Source: Octopus bimaculoides
Taxonomy: Eukaryota
Length of the DNA stretch: 64,000 bases
NCBI RefSeq assembly: GCF_001194135.2
Contig: NC_068982.1
Location: 26,247,214-26,311,213 of the forward strand
Direction: 5' to 3'
Below the pieces are notes generated by a model, which did not search any database, had not been told where the DNA came from, and was given only the letters and a program-made list of their open reading frames with translations. Below, one piece after another: positions 27,386-40,566 of the stretch. A program made the translations under genes and the position numbers. The number at the start of each line of letters is the position of its first letter. Position 1 is the stretch's first letter.

Positions 27386-28812
27386 CATTCTCTACCACTT
27401 TTTTAATAGAGGTTAATTCCACCTTCTTTTCTAGGTAGGTATAATCTTGCTACTCCTTCCCTTGGGTGGAGTTCTCCATTAATATTGAATTCCTTCGTAG
27501 TTCTTCTGTCTAACTTTGCTAATTCAGTTTTTCCGCAATCTACAAACGCTGCTGAGTATCTAAGTAATCATACTGCCTAAATATTTACAGCCTTTACTAG
27601 ATTCGAACTATTTAGCTTTGACTTCATTAGCTTCCTCACCCATCTGATGTACTACGTCTCAATTTTCGTTTTCATTTCTGTAGTTAGTACTCTGTCAGAT
27701 TTTAATACTCCTAGATACTTATAACTCTCTTCTCCTTTCAATGATTTTAATGTCTTGCCATCTGGTAACTGGATGCCTTCGCTGTTGACTACCGGTCCCC
27801 TTCTCATGACTAATATTCCACACTTACCTATGCCAAATTCCATGCCTGTATCTTTCCTGAAGAGTCTTACAGTCTGTATTACGGAATCTGTCGCTTTTTC
27901 ATTCTCACTAAAACGCTTCAGATCATCCATGTAGAGCAAATGGTTAATTTTTCCATTATTATTTCTGAACTGAAACTGTGTTTGCCTTCCTTAACACTAA
28001 ATTGAGGGGCATCAAACGTAAGACGAATATTAAAGGGAGCAATGATTCCCCCTGTAAAATTTCTCTTTCAATATTAACTTCCCTTAAGAGTGTATCACCT
28101 GAGTAGAGATGTACTATCCGTTTCTTCGTGCTAAATCTAATTAATTATTCTATGTTATCTGCTATACTGAATATACGCAAACATTCACTTATCCATGAGT
28201 GTGGGATCATGTCATAGGAATTCCTATAATCTATCCATGTTATTGCTAGCCTTTTCTCTCTAGCTTTTACTTCATTTAGAACTGCTTTGTCTAACTATAA
28301 TAGATCATGCGTTCCTGTAGACTTCTTCCTGCAACGTCTGTTCTTCTGGTAGTAAATTCTGGTTGTCAAGTTGCTCGTAAATGCTTTCTGAAAGCCTTCT
28401 TGTTAACAGATTCCACACAAATGATAAACAACTGATTGGTCTATACTTGCTTGCAGTATTACCTTTGCTCTTATCCTTCATAATGAGTATTGTCCTCCCT
28501 CTAGTCATCCATTCTGGTATTATTCCCACATTAAGGGTATCCTGAAGTTGCTCCTTCAACCTCCCATGTAAGCTACTATATTTTTATAGTCAGTACCCTT
28601 GAACTAAATCTGGTCCTGAGCCCTTCCGGTTCGGCATTTTTGCTAACACTTTACTCATTTATGTACTAGCTAATGTTAGATCTGGGTGCTTTTCACTCAC
28701 TACTTCTTCCCTCACTTTCTTTAACCATACTGCATCCCCATTATTTTTGACTGATTTATCCCAAATATTACTCCAGATCTTTCTAGCTTCCTGTGCATCA
28801 GGTTTCTCATCT
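27385..28812 (-). mobile_element. Second Dong/R4-like LINE (element B, different subfamily), 5'-truncated
   Basis: YRPISCLSFVWNLLT, LLPEEQ, HLLYMDDLKRF, GMEFGIGKC, NLVKAVN, LHPREGVARLYLPRKEGG; begins directly after a (TAA)n tract on the minus strand. Confidence 0.88.
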
Positions 28813-28822
28813 TCAGTACTTC

Positions 28823-28934
<112 letters not shown>

Positions 28935-29859
28935 AAAAAAGGAGAGCAATGCATATTATCAAAGTGACGCTGGTGTTCAAATATACAAAGCCCAATATTC
29001 ACATCAGGAACAATTCTCTTTCATACTGTCTTAATCTCACTCACTAGGTCCTGAAAATTTTCAAATTTTCTGTTTGTTATCCACTCTATTTTCATATGGT
29101 ATTGCAATCTATATGAACTTAAATTCTTTGCTTGTATTTGTCCCCTACACTCATATCTGACTACCTTGTTTCAATAGTATGGTCAGTTTTTATGGAGAAA
29201 TAACAAAATTGCATAGCTTTTGGGGCTATTGTTACGGTGCTAGTCAAAAGGAACAATATTGTTCGCATGACTCAACTTTTATGAAACTGGTGTGGTTACT
29301 GAAGGCAGCTGATGTTCATCTTGAAAAGCCACAGCACAATCAGTGTAGAAAAGAACATGGTAGAAAAGGGAATTGCCGTGCATCGATGAAAGATTCAGAG
29401 GAATGTGAGAGAGGAGACGTTTATTAATCTTAACTGAAATGGATTAAGAACTGTGCAAATAATTCTTTTATGAAAAGCTATAGTTTATTGTGTTGACAGT
29501 AACATTATTTCATTGTTGTCCTGGAAAGGAAGAGGGAAAAAAACCATCAGCCATGGAATCATTTGAACTCAGAACATTGGGATCATTATTACCGCCATGT
29601 ACACTAGCCGATTCTTTCCGCCTGAAGAACAATACTTTCTATTCAAGAAACTCGATTCAATTTATGCTACAACACTACAATAAATTTTATCCACCGGGCC
29701 ATATATGATTGTAGGATAGATTTGTGTATAGAATTAACAAGGGAGAAACGAAAATCCATTCCAGAAAGACGAAAGGCAATGACACTGTGAAATTTGAGTT
29801 GTTAAAAGAGAGATGAAAATCTAAATGCAATTTTGAGGGAAATAGACAACAGTAATTTG

Positions 29860-29998
29860 ATTGGCATTTTACCTTATTGAACCTAGATGAAGGAAAGGGC
29901 AAGTTGACCTCGGCGGCATTTGAACTCAGATCGTAGCTGGAATGAAAGCAGCAAAGCATTTTCTTGACATTCTAATGTTTCTATCAGTTTGCCGCCTT
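29860..29998 (-). mobile_element. SINE family 1, diverged partial copy
   Basis: aagttgacctcggcggcatttgaactcag matches the family-1 body in reverse. Confidence 0.65.
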
Positions 29999-31223
29999 TG
30001 GGAAACTAAATAACTCTACTGCTGGAATAATACTGGTTTCTGAGATTGGTGCAAGACCTCAAATATTGAGGAACGAATGGGATAATGATATTACCTCTAA
30101 TAACTGACTGGTTCTCATTTTAGCTACTGCAAAAACATGAATGAGAAAGTCAAGTACGATAGGTTTCGAATCCACTATGTAGAAGAATGTAATTAAATTC
30201 AGTATTTTGCTCAAAACATTAGCAATTCTATTAATCCATCGCTTTCATTACTTAAATAATAATGATTCATTACATGAACGAAAGCAGTATAATCGAGTGA
30301 GACTACCATAATGTATTAGGGTGTCATTTTTGGAAAATATAGAATGATTAAAATATGTACAATGCAGGATTTGAACTTCGCAAACCATAGAGGGTAATAA
30401 TGCATTTTTGTCAGATCTTTAAAATATACCAACAATACTGCAGTCACTACCAGTAATATGCATTGCACGACTTGCGAGCAGCATAGTGTAAGTTCATCCC
30501 TTGTCAGAACCTACAATACGGTCGGTGTTGTAAGTTCTAACACGGGATGAACTTTTCGTATACTTGTAAAATAGTTCGAAATACTTATAATGAACTTCGA
30601 TGCCATGAACATAGAAACTTCCTCCATGATATAAAACTTCACCTATGATTTAAACTTTCCCTATGATATAAAATGTAAGGACGTTTGTACTTAATAAAAA
30701 GGAAAATATTCTTATTTATTTAGTTATTTACTTTATTTTCTGTGCAAGCATTTTTACCGTCTTTAATATCCGGTTTGAATTTGAAATTTAATTCCGGATT
30801 TACCCTTCTCATTTGGACAGCTTTATGTGGGTTGGTGCGTTTGAATAACAGCACGGACCAATGGGTAAAGCCCGTTCGTGAATGGGCTTATCGATTTACT
30901 CTTGCAACAATGATATATTGGTGGAAACTTATAACAAGACTTAAATAAACTTTGTTTTTCGTTTCATTAACACCACGAATCATATTGCTTTCATATGAAA
31001 GACAATAAAGTAATCTCTATTGTGTGACTACGTGTGTATTGATGTGAATAAGTGGAGTTGGCGTGCTTGCAAGTCCTTGTATTGATGTGTATTTGTGTAT
31101 ATGCACTTCTAATTGATAAACTGTTCGTTAATCGATCTCACAAACAACTAATAAAAAGACGAATGAAATAACAGCAATTTAAAGAAGCAACAAGAACAAT
31201 AACACAAACAATAAAACAACGTA

Positions 31224-31300
31224 TGCTGCTGCTGCTGCTGCTGCTACAACTACTACTACTACTACTACCTATAATAATGATAATAATAATGATGATGATA

Positions 31301-31344
<44 letters not shown>

Positions 31345-31350
31345 ACTAGT
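31224..31350. repeat. (GCT)n(ACT)n(AAT/GAT)n compound microsatellite
   Basis: Directly visible. Confidence 0.95.
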
Positions 31351-32088
31351 AACAGCAGCAACTTTTCTTTTGTGGGAGGAGCTTGTAGATTATTAGCCTG
31401 CATAAATATTTCCAAAACCTTATTTTGAAACAATTATAATTCTCTAATTAAAACAGTGAAAATCTACGAAAAATGCTGTGCTTAATAACACTAGGTAGGA
31501 TGAAGTTGAAGCGGGCGATATTAAGAGAACATAACTAAGGTGGGGAATATCTTGTGTATTGTAATTCGTCAGGGCTGGGCTGCAGAGTCATAACTCTTTT
31601 CTCATAGAAAAACAGTAAAATAGGCTTGAATAGAGTAAATTGCGTGTTTTGCTTCGGTAAAAAATAAATAAATAAATAACTCAGAGACGCCATCTACAAG
31701 TACAAAAAATAGTTAACTTAACAGTAGCATCTTTAATGCAGATGGTATTAATCCAATACTTGCCATATCATCTAAAATAATATTAGTCTTTGAATTATGC
31801 ACTTTTTATCATCAAATAATTATATTAAATTAGCTTTTTAATGCTTCCTAAATTAAATGTTATAACACTAACTTAACTATTGTTTATCAATCTTTCGTCT
31901 TTGTGTGTAATAGACGATAAGATATAGTAACAGCAATTAGGCAGTTTGGTAGATCAAATACCATTCTAATTTCAATAAAACATTAGAATCAATAACGTTG
32001 ATTATTGTATTTACTGAGATGATGAGATTATCGTATTTACTGAGATGCTGCAATGATTGTCATAGTGTGGAATGTAGAACGTTACTGG

Positions 32089-33088
32089 TGTAGCAAGTCA
32101 TAAAAGGCGGCAATATGATGTAATGGTCCTTTGCCCGAACAAGCATATTTGTGGGTAATCCCGTTGGTTAAAATTAGTGCCTATATTTGAATTCTAAATT
32201 TCCGTCAAAGAGAATTCTTTCACGAAATACGGTTCTTAAAATTCAAATACGGGCAGTAATTTTAACCAATGGGATTACCAACAATTATGCCACTTTTTAT
32301 AGCCGTGTTTTGTTACTTTTTGTGTAACACTATTTTTATATGTTTCCTATTTGGAAATAGATAATAAATTTATTTTACTTTGAAGTAGAAAAATATATGT
32401 TGATAAACACGTTACTTATAACTTACTTATAATTGTTATCATTATACATAAATCCTGACTCCAGCTACATAGACGCCACAGCGAGAAATATATACTCTGA
32501 AACGCCAACGGAAACTTTAAGCGTGCATGTATGTTGAAGATAAATAAATCCGTGTTCTCTTAACCGCTATAACAAAAAAAATATACAGTTTCATATTTGC
32601 AGAAATAAATTTCATTAACACGTTGAAGAACGTGAAGAAAGAGAAAATAATTGCTACATTATTTTATTTATGTGCATTTAGCATTTATAGTACAATTGGA
32701 AAGTAAAGTCATTTTGTCATAGAGAATTATGACTTAAAATTCACACTAGCTAATCTTTCATACTAACCACTAGAGTTCACAACAATTGAAATAAGTCTTG
32801 TTGGATTTTTATCATAAAGAGGGCATGAAAAATAGCCAATATCTCAATGGGTGAGTGTCGTGGAGTTTAGTAACATCCAACGATCACTGATTAATTTCCC
32901 CCAAATCAGGGTTTTTATAACTGCTCATACCTGAATACTAAGAACCGTATTTCGTGAAAGAATTCTCTTTGACGAAAATTTAGAATTCAAATATGGGCAG
33001 TAATTTTAACCAATGGGATTACGAACAATTATGCTTGTTCGGGCAAACGACCATTACGTCATATTGCTGCCTTTTATGACTTGCTACA
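32089..33088. mobile_element. Non-coding long-TIR (fold-back) element
   Basis: 32089-32237 is the reverse complement of ~32939-33088 with few mismatches; no ORF inside; exact termini and TSD are undefined. Confidence 0.75.
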
Positions 33089-33868
33089 TAAGCCTTTCAC
33101 CAGAAAAATTGTCCATTTTGCGAAAAAAAAAATCATAATACATATATACTTCAATACAATGTTTGAATTAATACTTTTAGCAAGTCAAATATACAAATTT
33201 ACAAAGGATCCACAAATTTACAATGTTAAAGACATGAAAATAACCGCTCATCACGGTTTTCAATAACAACAGCGTTCTTGTAAAGTTTATCAAATTGTTC
33301 AATCTAATTTCTCTGGAAAAATTACAAATCTTTTTATAAACCAAAAATTCCAGGAATACAAAAGTTCATGAAGAATATATTCAAACAAACTGAGAAAGTC
33401 TTTTGGGAAAATGTACAATTCTACCACTTCTAGTTTTCTTTTCGCTGGTAGGTGATTTTAAAATTGACTTGTGGGTCTTTTCCAGCAAGTCATACTGGAA
33501 TTGAATCATTAGCTCATGGGTCATAAGTTCAAATCATCTGCAGGTAATTTGTAGTATTTATTATCGGAACTGTTACATCTGCATTGTTAAAATTCATTTA
33601 AATATATTGAAGTGGATACCTGGCTATTAAGGAATAGGTAACGGAGATAGAGATACAACTTATACAGGAATAACCGCGCGGTTAAAAAGTTTACCCTGCA
33701 ACATTATTTTTGTGGATTTGATCAAACTGTGTAGCATCATCGCAAAGTATTTTCCACCATAGACTCGGATAGATCGAAAGTAAGAGAGTGAAATTTGATA
33801 GGCGAAAACTACAGTGATTTCATATATATGCCATAGATGTATGTTTTGCATGTATGTTCGTTTCTGTT

Positions 33869-33950
33869 TATTACCTCCACCTTCGATAAGACGGAAGTAC
33901 TGTTTCAGTTGTGTTTGTTTGTTGTTTGTCCGTGGACAAGATATCAACTT
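33869..33950 (-). mobile_element. Helentron/HINE-like element end (same family as 7186)
   Basis: Hairpin attacctccaccttcgataagacggaagta, then gttgtgtttgtttgttgtttgtccgtggacaagatatc, which is the reverse complement of 7304-7350. Confidence 0.55.
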
Positions 33951-34310
33951 GTTAAGCGATGAATAATCTAGAGCATATTTCTAGATTCATTTCGTAGTAC
34001 CCAAATTTTCAGATTCACAGTTATTGAGTCTCAATAAGATTTTATATCAGTAATTAAACTCAGAAACTGAAACTACTGTGAAGTGCAATTCATCGAAACT
34101 TTGATAGTTATCAACGAAAACACATCGGCCTAACCCGATACACCAAAGTAGAATATCCTTTCTGCAAAACAGTCCAACTTATGAGTCAGCTTGTTGTCTC
34201 TCCATTACACGATCTTCTTTATCATTTGGATAATTTGAGAAATAATACAACACATAATTGTGTTACGATGTTACAAATTTGAATTGAAAATGGAAAATTT
34301 TGATGACACG

Positions 34311-34506
34311 AGATAAGGCCTGAAATGTTGAGGACTGGGGGTCGATTGCATTGACCCAATGCTCAGCTGGTATTTACTCTCTCGTTCTCTGGGAGAGGAA
34401 AGGCGAATTCGACCTCGGCAGAACTTGATCTCATAAGGTAAAGATGAACGAAATACCGCTAAGCATTTTTCCCGGTGTGCTAACGATTCTGCCAGCTCAG
34501 CACCTT
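34311..34506 (-). mobile_element. tRNA-derived SINE family 1
   Basis: gaaataccgctaagcatttttcccggtgtgctaacgattctgccagctc is the reverse complement of the family-1 head. Confidence 0.85.
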
Positions 34507-36677
34507 GATATATTATATATAATTCATTATATATAACACGTTGTAAATAATACGTTATATTATGTATATAACATAGATTCATTTGGTCACTGATGTGACG
34601 TACAGTATGCCGTGAGTACTTTTAAACGTAGCAGAATCAAGGCCATGCTATGTCTGACCACAAGCGCTTCTTTCGGGGGAGGGGGCTTTATTTATTGACT
34701 CCGAGAGGACAACAGGCAACATTTGGCCTTGATCATAGTTGAACACATAGTGCAGAGAGTGTCGGAACTTACATCTGAGTCGTTGATTACTTGACCATGT
34801 ATTCATTTGTAGATTGTAAGTACACTATGCATAAATATACATCTCGTCAATGGCTGTCTAAGTTTTTCAGATTGTTGTGGATAATTTTCAATCAGATCTT
34901 TTTCACTCTTCACTTGTGATCAATTGTTTGTATGGTAACATTGACGATTCACTCGATTGGTATGGACATACCAGTGTAAACTCCGTGTCTTGGTTATTTT
35001 AAAAACGGTGTGCTGGCAAAACCATCTTCGTCGAATTTGATCATATGGTAAATGAGTATTCTGCGTTACTCCGAGAATTCAGCAAACACGTAAAATGTGT
35101 ACAGTTTTTAGCTGGAGAACTATTCAAATATTAACTGTCAATTTCCTATTACCTCTGGTAAAGAGAAAATTATTTCCCGCATTAAAGATTAAATATCAGT
35201 TCCTTTGATAGTGGTGAATGGGTTCTCCTACAATTTTCTGAAATGACTAAGCATCTGATTCACCTTGATAGAATTACCGTTGATCAACTTTGAAGAAGTT
35301 CATACTACAACTCTATGCATTTGATTCATCAATGTCATAGTAAACAGAATAAAACCTAAAAAGATGGTCTTTTTGTCGGTTAAATTGTATAGATGGCTAG
35401 CAGGTGATCTTGACAAAAGATGCTTCTAGTACACATTGCACAGCTTTCCTATATTATGAAATACAGTAAAACAATTATGGTGAGAAAACTTGAGTAGCCG
35501 GTAGTGTGAAAATATGCAAGAAAAACCAGAATTGTTTGAACATTAGGCCAGATTATAATTTCAAATTACTTGGAACGGTCAGTGGATTTGAGAATATATG
35601 TGCGCAAGTCAGTTCTGTGCATCCTACGTGAGCGAGTTACTCACTTATGTGCATTTACACCTGTGGGTCGGTATAGCGAGCAAATTTGCATATTCGTATG
35701 AATTTAAAGACGGGTTCCCAGCTCTATTGTATAGCTTATCTATTTGGATATAGCTTAATTCCTTAATCATTTTATTTCATTGGAAGTAAATAATTTTATT
35801 CAGTAAGTTTCCAAACTATATTTGTAAACTTGTTTATATTTTATGGATTGTATGCACAATATTCCTAAAGTTATTAAAACATTTAAACGCTCTGAAAATG
35901 CTTAAAACGTTCACCACAATCATTGATATAAATAAACGATATTTATATTTTCAAACTGAATGTGTGTGCCTCCTGCTGCATAGCTATCCACAGCTACTCT
36001 AATCCTTGTGGTTTGTGTCACAATGGAATATTTTCTTTCAGCTAGCTTAATGCTTAAATTATAAAGGAGTTGCAGAGCTATTTGACGATATTCAGAATCA
36101 TTCATCTCACTGCTTAGACAATTTACGGTTTAGATGCAGCTACACATTCCTATTAATAGGCGAGATTTCACCTTCATGCTGAAAGTACACCAATGTATAT
36201 AAAACATGTTACTGCATACATTTAAATACCGAAAATGCAAAAAAAAAAAGAGGAGAAAAAGCGATAAAAAGAAAAAGCGAAAAACACTACTTTTGCAGCT
36301 ATAAAATCTCTCGTAAGTGATTGCATTGTAAAGATAAAAACAAAGAAAGCAAAATATTGTATGAGTTTCAGAAATCTTGAATAAGGTTACAAAAAAAAAA
36401 ACAACTTAAAACACGTATGTATAGTTCATTCAATGTAAATGGTTATGCTGTGTGGATATATTTATATCATTCCGAAACGCTCTCTTTTCTTGTCCTCTCT
36501 CTCTCCTTCTCAGGCACACATACTCTCACATTTGAGTGTGTGTGTCTATAAAACAAGAGAGAGAAAGAAAAGGAGAAAGACAAAAAAAGAGAGACAAACA
36601 GACAGAGACAGAGGCATAGATCTGCAAGAAATAGTTATTATATCTGCATCAGTATTATATATACTTATACGTACATG

Positions 36678-36800
<123 letters not shown>

Positions 36801-37800
36801 ACATATATGTGTGTATATATATTCATATATACTTGCATGTATGCATGCATACAAACATGCATAGATACATAATACATACATACATAAATACATACATACA
36901 TACATACATGCACATATATATGTATATATAGAGAGATATGCATGATACAAATCGAGCATCCAAAGTATACTTTCATGTTTATACCCAATGTTATTGGCAA
37001 CGCTATTCTAATCTGTCTGAAACAATGTGTAAACTTGGATTCTTTGAAAAAGATCGTAACACCATAATTCAGACTAGTAGGACCCACGGGATTTCTAACG
37101 TGTAAATCAGCATATTTGTATATCTACTTTCCTTTCTGGCGATGTATGTGTTTCCTTTCATAATACCGATAAGCATCTATACTTTATAACGAAAACAGGA
37201 AAAGAAAAAAGTGAATAATGGCGCTGCCCCAGTATGCAAAAGATTAAAGTGTAACATCCGCAGCGATTTCCTAAGGTTATTCAGTTCAATTTAACTATCT
37301 ATCGGTATATCTTTTAATGCATAAATTTATAGATCTGCATGATATTCTTTTAATATGTCAAACATTTTAACTGTGCCTATGATGTAAACACACAAACACA
37401 GAGTAGTATAGACCCCCCCTCTCTCTTTCCCTTTCTCTCACTTTTTCTCCCTCTCTTTCATGCTTTCCTTTCTATTTTTTTTTACTGATTCCATTATTTT
37501 TGGCTTTCTTTTTCTCTCCCCTTCCCCCTTTCTCTCTATATATATTTCCCCCATTCGAGTTATTACCTCTTCAGACGGAAAAAAACTGACAGAACGCAGG
37601 AGCAACGAGTATAATATTATTGTGATACAGATGATCATGACATCTGGAACCCTAAAAGTCTGTAAGAAATTCTTAGAGTTTAAAGGATCAAGTTGTGTTG
37701 ACAAAGAGAACGCAACTACGAATTTAAATCTATTTTGTTTATACGAATTACATAGATACAAAGGGGCATTAATTCAGTCATTCATTCATTAATACATACA

Positions 37801-37831
<31 letters not shown>

Positions 37832-38399
37832 CTCCATGCATATATTTCAACTTGAGAAATATCAGTGGAACGTTCCCCTTAAATCCTTCACCGAATGTAA
37901 AACACAGCAGGTGCAATCTAATTGTTAGGAATAGAAAAGAAAATTATGAATACTGATAGAATACAGCTGACCTGAATATGTGATAATTTTCTTTGAAAAT
38001 ATATGTGAAAAAGAATACATGGACAGCTCCTTCGAGACATATAACGTTTAACATTTAACAGCAAGTAAAATACAATTGTCAGAGTCGGAGAAGAAGAATT
38101 ATGAACTCATACAGATAGATCTCAGCTGACCTGCAGATGTAAATATTTCTTTCACAATCTATGTGAAAGACGGTCCGGCCCCTTCGAGACATATAGAAGA
38201 TAACCAACAAATAATACGACCAACTTTGCCAATTTTGCAATTTCCTTCTGTAAACAGAACTGTAAAAATATGCAACATTTAAATCTTTGCTGTTGTTATT
38301 ATCTAAAATCTGTGACTAAAGTGTTGTTTGAGTGATATAAAAGATTCCTTTTCTTCATTGGAACAATTCAAATAAATATAAATATAAAAGAAGCCATAC

Positions 38400-38513
38400 A
38401 CAAGGTCGTGGTTTCGATTCGCGAGCCACGTTGTGCGTTGTGCCTTTCACCAAAACACTTCATTTCACTTTGTTCCATTCCACTTAACTGTAAACAAGTA
38501 ACTCTATGACAGA
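38400..38513 (+). mobile_element. SINE family 3, partial
   Basis: aaggtcgtggtttcgattc (B-box)...gcgttgtgcctttcaccaaaacacttcatttcactttgttccattccact. Confidence 0.6.
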
Positions 38514-39053
38514 CTAGAGTTCGGTTGAGAGTGATTGTTGTGACTTATACTCCTTAGAAACCAGGAAATCTGCATTATAGTCCCAAGATTCGAGACAGTA
38601 TTTATTTTTCCATAAATAAAGCGATAAATTTAAGCATATATCAGAAGAATCGATACAATACTGATTTCGAATTTGTTGCATCCGTCTCGATTCACATTCA
38701 GGTATTTCATTCCAACTTGACCTAAAACACATGCCCTAGTTGAAATGGCCGTCAGTAATAGGTATTGAACATTTTTGATACATTATAAATGCATTTGGTC
38801 AAGTGGGAATATTTGTACTTCTTCTTATCAAAGCCACGCATTAGGTCAAGTTGGAATGAAATTCCTGAATGTGAATCGAGACGGATGTAGTAAATTCGAA
38901 ATCAGTATTGTATCGATTCTTCTGATATATGCTTAAATTTATCGCTTTATTTATGGAAAAATAAATACTGTCTCGAATCTTTGGATTCATAATGCTGATT
39001 TCCTAGTTTCCAAGGAGTATAAGTCACAACAGTCACTCTCAACCGAACTATAG
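38514..39053. mobile_element. Fold-back element/MITE with ~212-bp inverted arms and a 115-bp spacer
   Basis: 38514-38725 vs 38841-39053 are reverse complements with scattered mismatches and a 90-bp identical core. Confidence 0.85.
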
Positions 39054-39295
39054 GGCATTTCGAAGAAATTACACCTATACGCACACATGCACAAACCTAG
39101 AAACACACAAGTTATTATGTATGTAGTATATGTAAAAATTCATCAGCAATAAGATATTTACTCTCTAAATGAATTGAGACCAATCTTTCTGAGAGGTAAG
39201 TATGTCGCTCATGCACACATGCGCGCACACACATACGTATGCATATAGATGTGTGTGTATGTATGTGCATGTGTTTGTGGATGTAACGATATATA

Positions 39296-40566
39296 TCAGG
39301 TCATCCCATAAGTTCCGTCCGAAGTTTTAATGAAGAAAACATGTGATCAAATGTTATATTTAATTGAAATTTAATCATCAATGTACTTTCTTTGATTATC
39401 TATGACTTCCTTTCATCTATTTACAAGCTTTTTAATCTCGTCAATGTAAAACTCTTTTGGTTTCAAAGTGAGAAACTCTGAAATGTCAGTTTCGACCTCC
39501 TCCTGGCTTGCGAAAGTTATGTCCCCCAAATGATTCTGTTAGCTACAAAACAAATGGTAGTCTGAAGGAGCAAGGTCAAGAGAATGAGGAATCTTTCACG
39601 ATTAAGCTCTTCAATCTTCTGTGATGTGATCTTTGCAGTGTGGCCGCGCGCATTGTCCTGATGAAACATCACTCCTTTTCGATTCACTAAAGCGGGTCTT
39701 TTTTCTTCAAAGCTTGGTTCAAACGCTCTTATTGCTGACAGTACACTTGAGCATTCATTGTTGCATTAGGTGGTAACAATTCAAAGTAAATTGCTCCTTT
39801 GCAATCTCACCAGATAGAGAGAACCTTTTTTCCATGTTCTCTTCCCGGTTGTGGTTGAGCTTTTTCCCCTTTACCAAGCCACTGTTTATGCCATTTAACA
39901 TTTCGATAGAAGATATATTTTTCGTCACCAGTCTGTAGTCTATCCGAAAAGGGTGAAATGAGTTCGCAAGAATGGAGAGAAAAGCAGATGTGAACTCGGG
40001 ATGTGCGGTTGCTTTCGGACAATTCATGAGGCACCCATTTTCCAAGTTTAGGAATCTTTCCAAGTTATTGAAGATGACGATGAACAGTTATATTTTTTTT
40101 AACTAAGCTTTATTGCCAATTCTTCAACTGATAGTGCAGGAATTTCTTCAAGTAATGCCTCAAGGAGCTTATAATCAAACTCAACTAGACGTCTTGTTCG
40201 CTCTTCATCTTCAAGGCTGAAACCTCCACTTCTGAGTTTTGCAAACCATCTCCTTCAAGTTCTTTCATTCAAGCATTCCTTCCCATAAACTGAGTGTATG
40301 TTTCGAGTCGCTTTGGCTGCAGAGTTTCCTTTTTTGTCCTTATAAAGCATTATGTGCCTTAAAAGCTCTTTGGATACTTCCATGTTAGAAAGGGTTTCAA
40401 TTAAAGAAATTTTAAATCTATTATTCTGTAAAATAATATTTAATTAGTTTAAATGTACACAAATGCATAAAAATAATTTCTAATTACATTAGACATTCTA
40501 AAATACTATAAATTTCATTCAATTTTAAAAAAGGTAAGATCGGACAGAACTTATGGGATGACCTGA
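39296..40566 (-). mobile_element. Full-length mariner (D,D34D-type) transposon, inactivated
   Basis: 27-bp TIRs tcaggtcatcccataagttc(c/t)gtccga (26/27 match), TA on both sides, 1271 bp in length. Confidence 0.95.
39371..40383 (-). pseudogene. Mariner transposase pseudogene
   Basis: Motifs KKGNSAAKATRNIHSVYG, KWVPHELSE, TGDEKYIFY, FHQDNARGH and LDLAPSDYHLF; several frameshifts and stops. Confidence 0.92.

Noticed and set aside
32068-32076. tggaatgta, matching the start of miR-1
   Set aside because: Only 9 nt match and there is no precursor hairpin.
34850-35450. Minus-strand protein-like pieces (IKFDEDGFASTPF)
   Set aside because: Frequent stops and no identifiable family.
35920-36105. 61-aa ORF MNDSEYRQIALQLLYNLSIKLAE as an exon
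   Set aside because: Upstream in-frame stop, no clear donor, no recognisable homology.
39140-39201. Strong donor gag|gtaagt, plus strong acceptors at ~49964 and ~52808
   Set aside because: They do not assemble into consistent open exons; isolated splice-like words are expected by chance.
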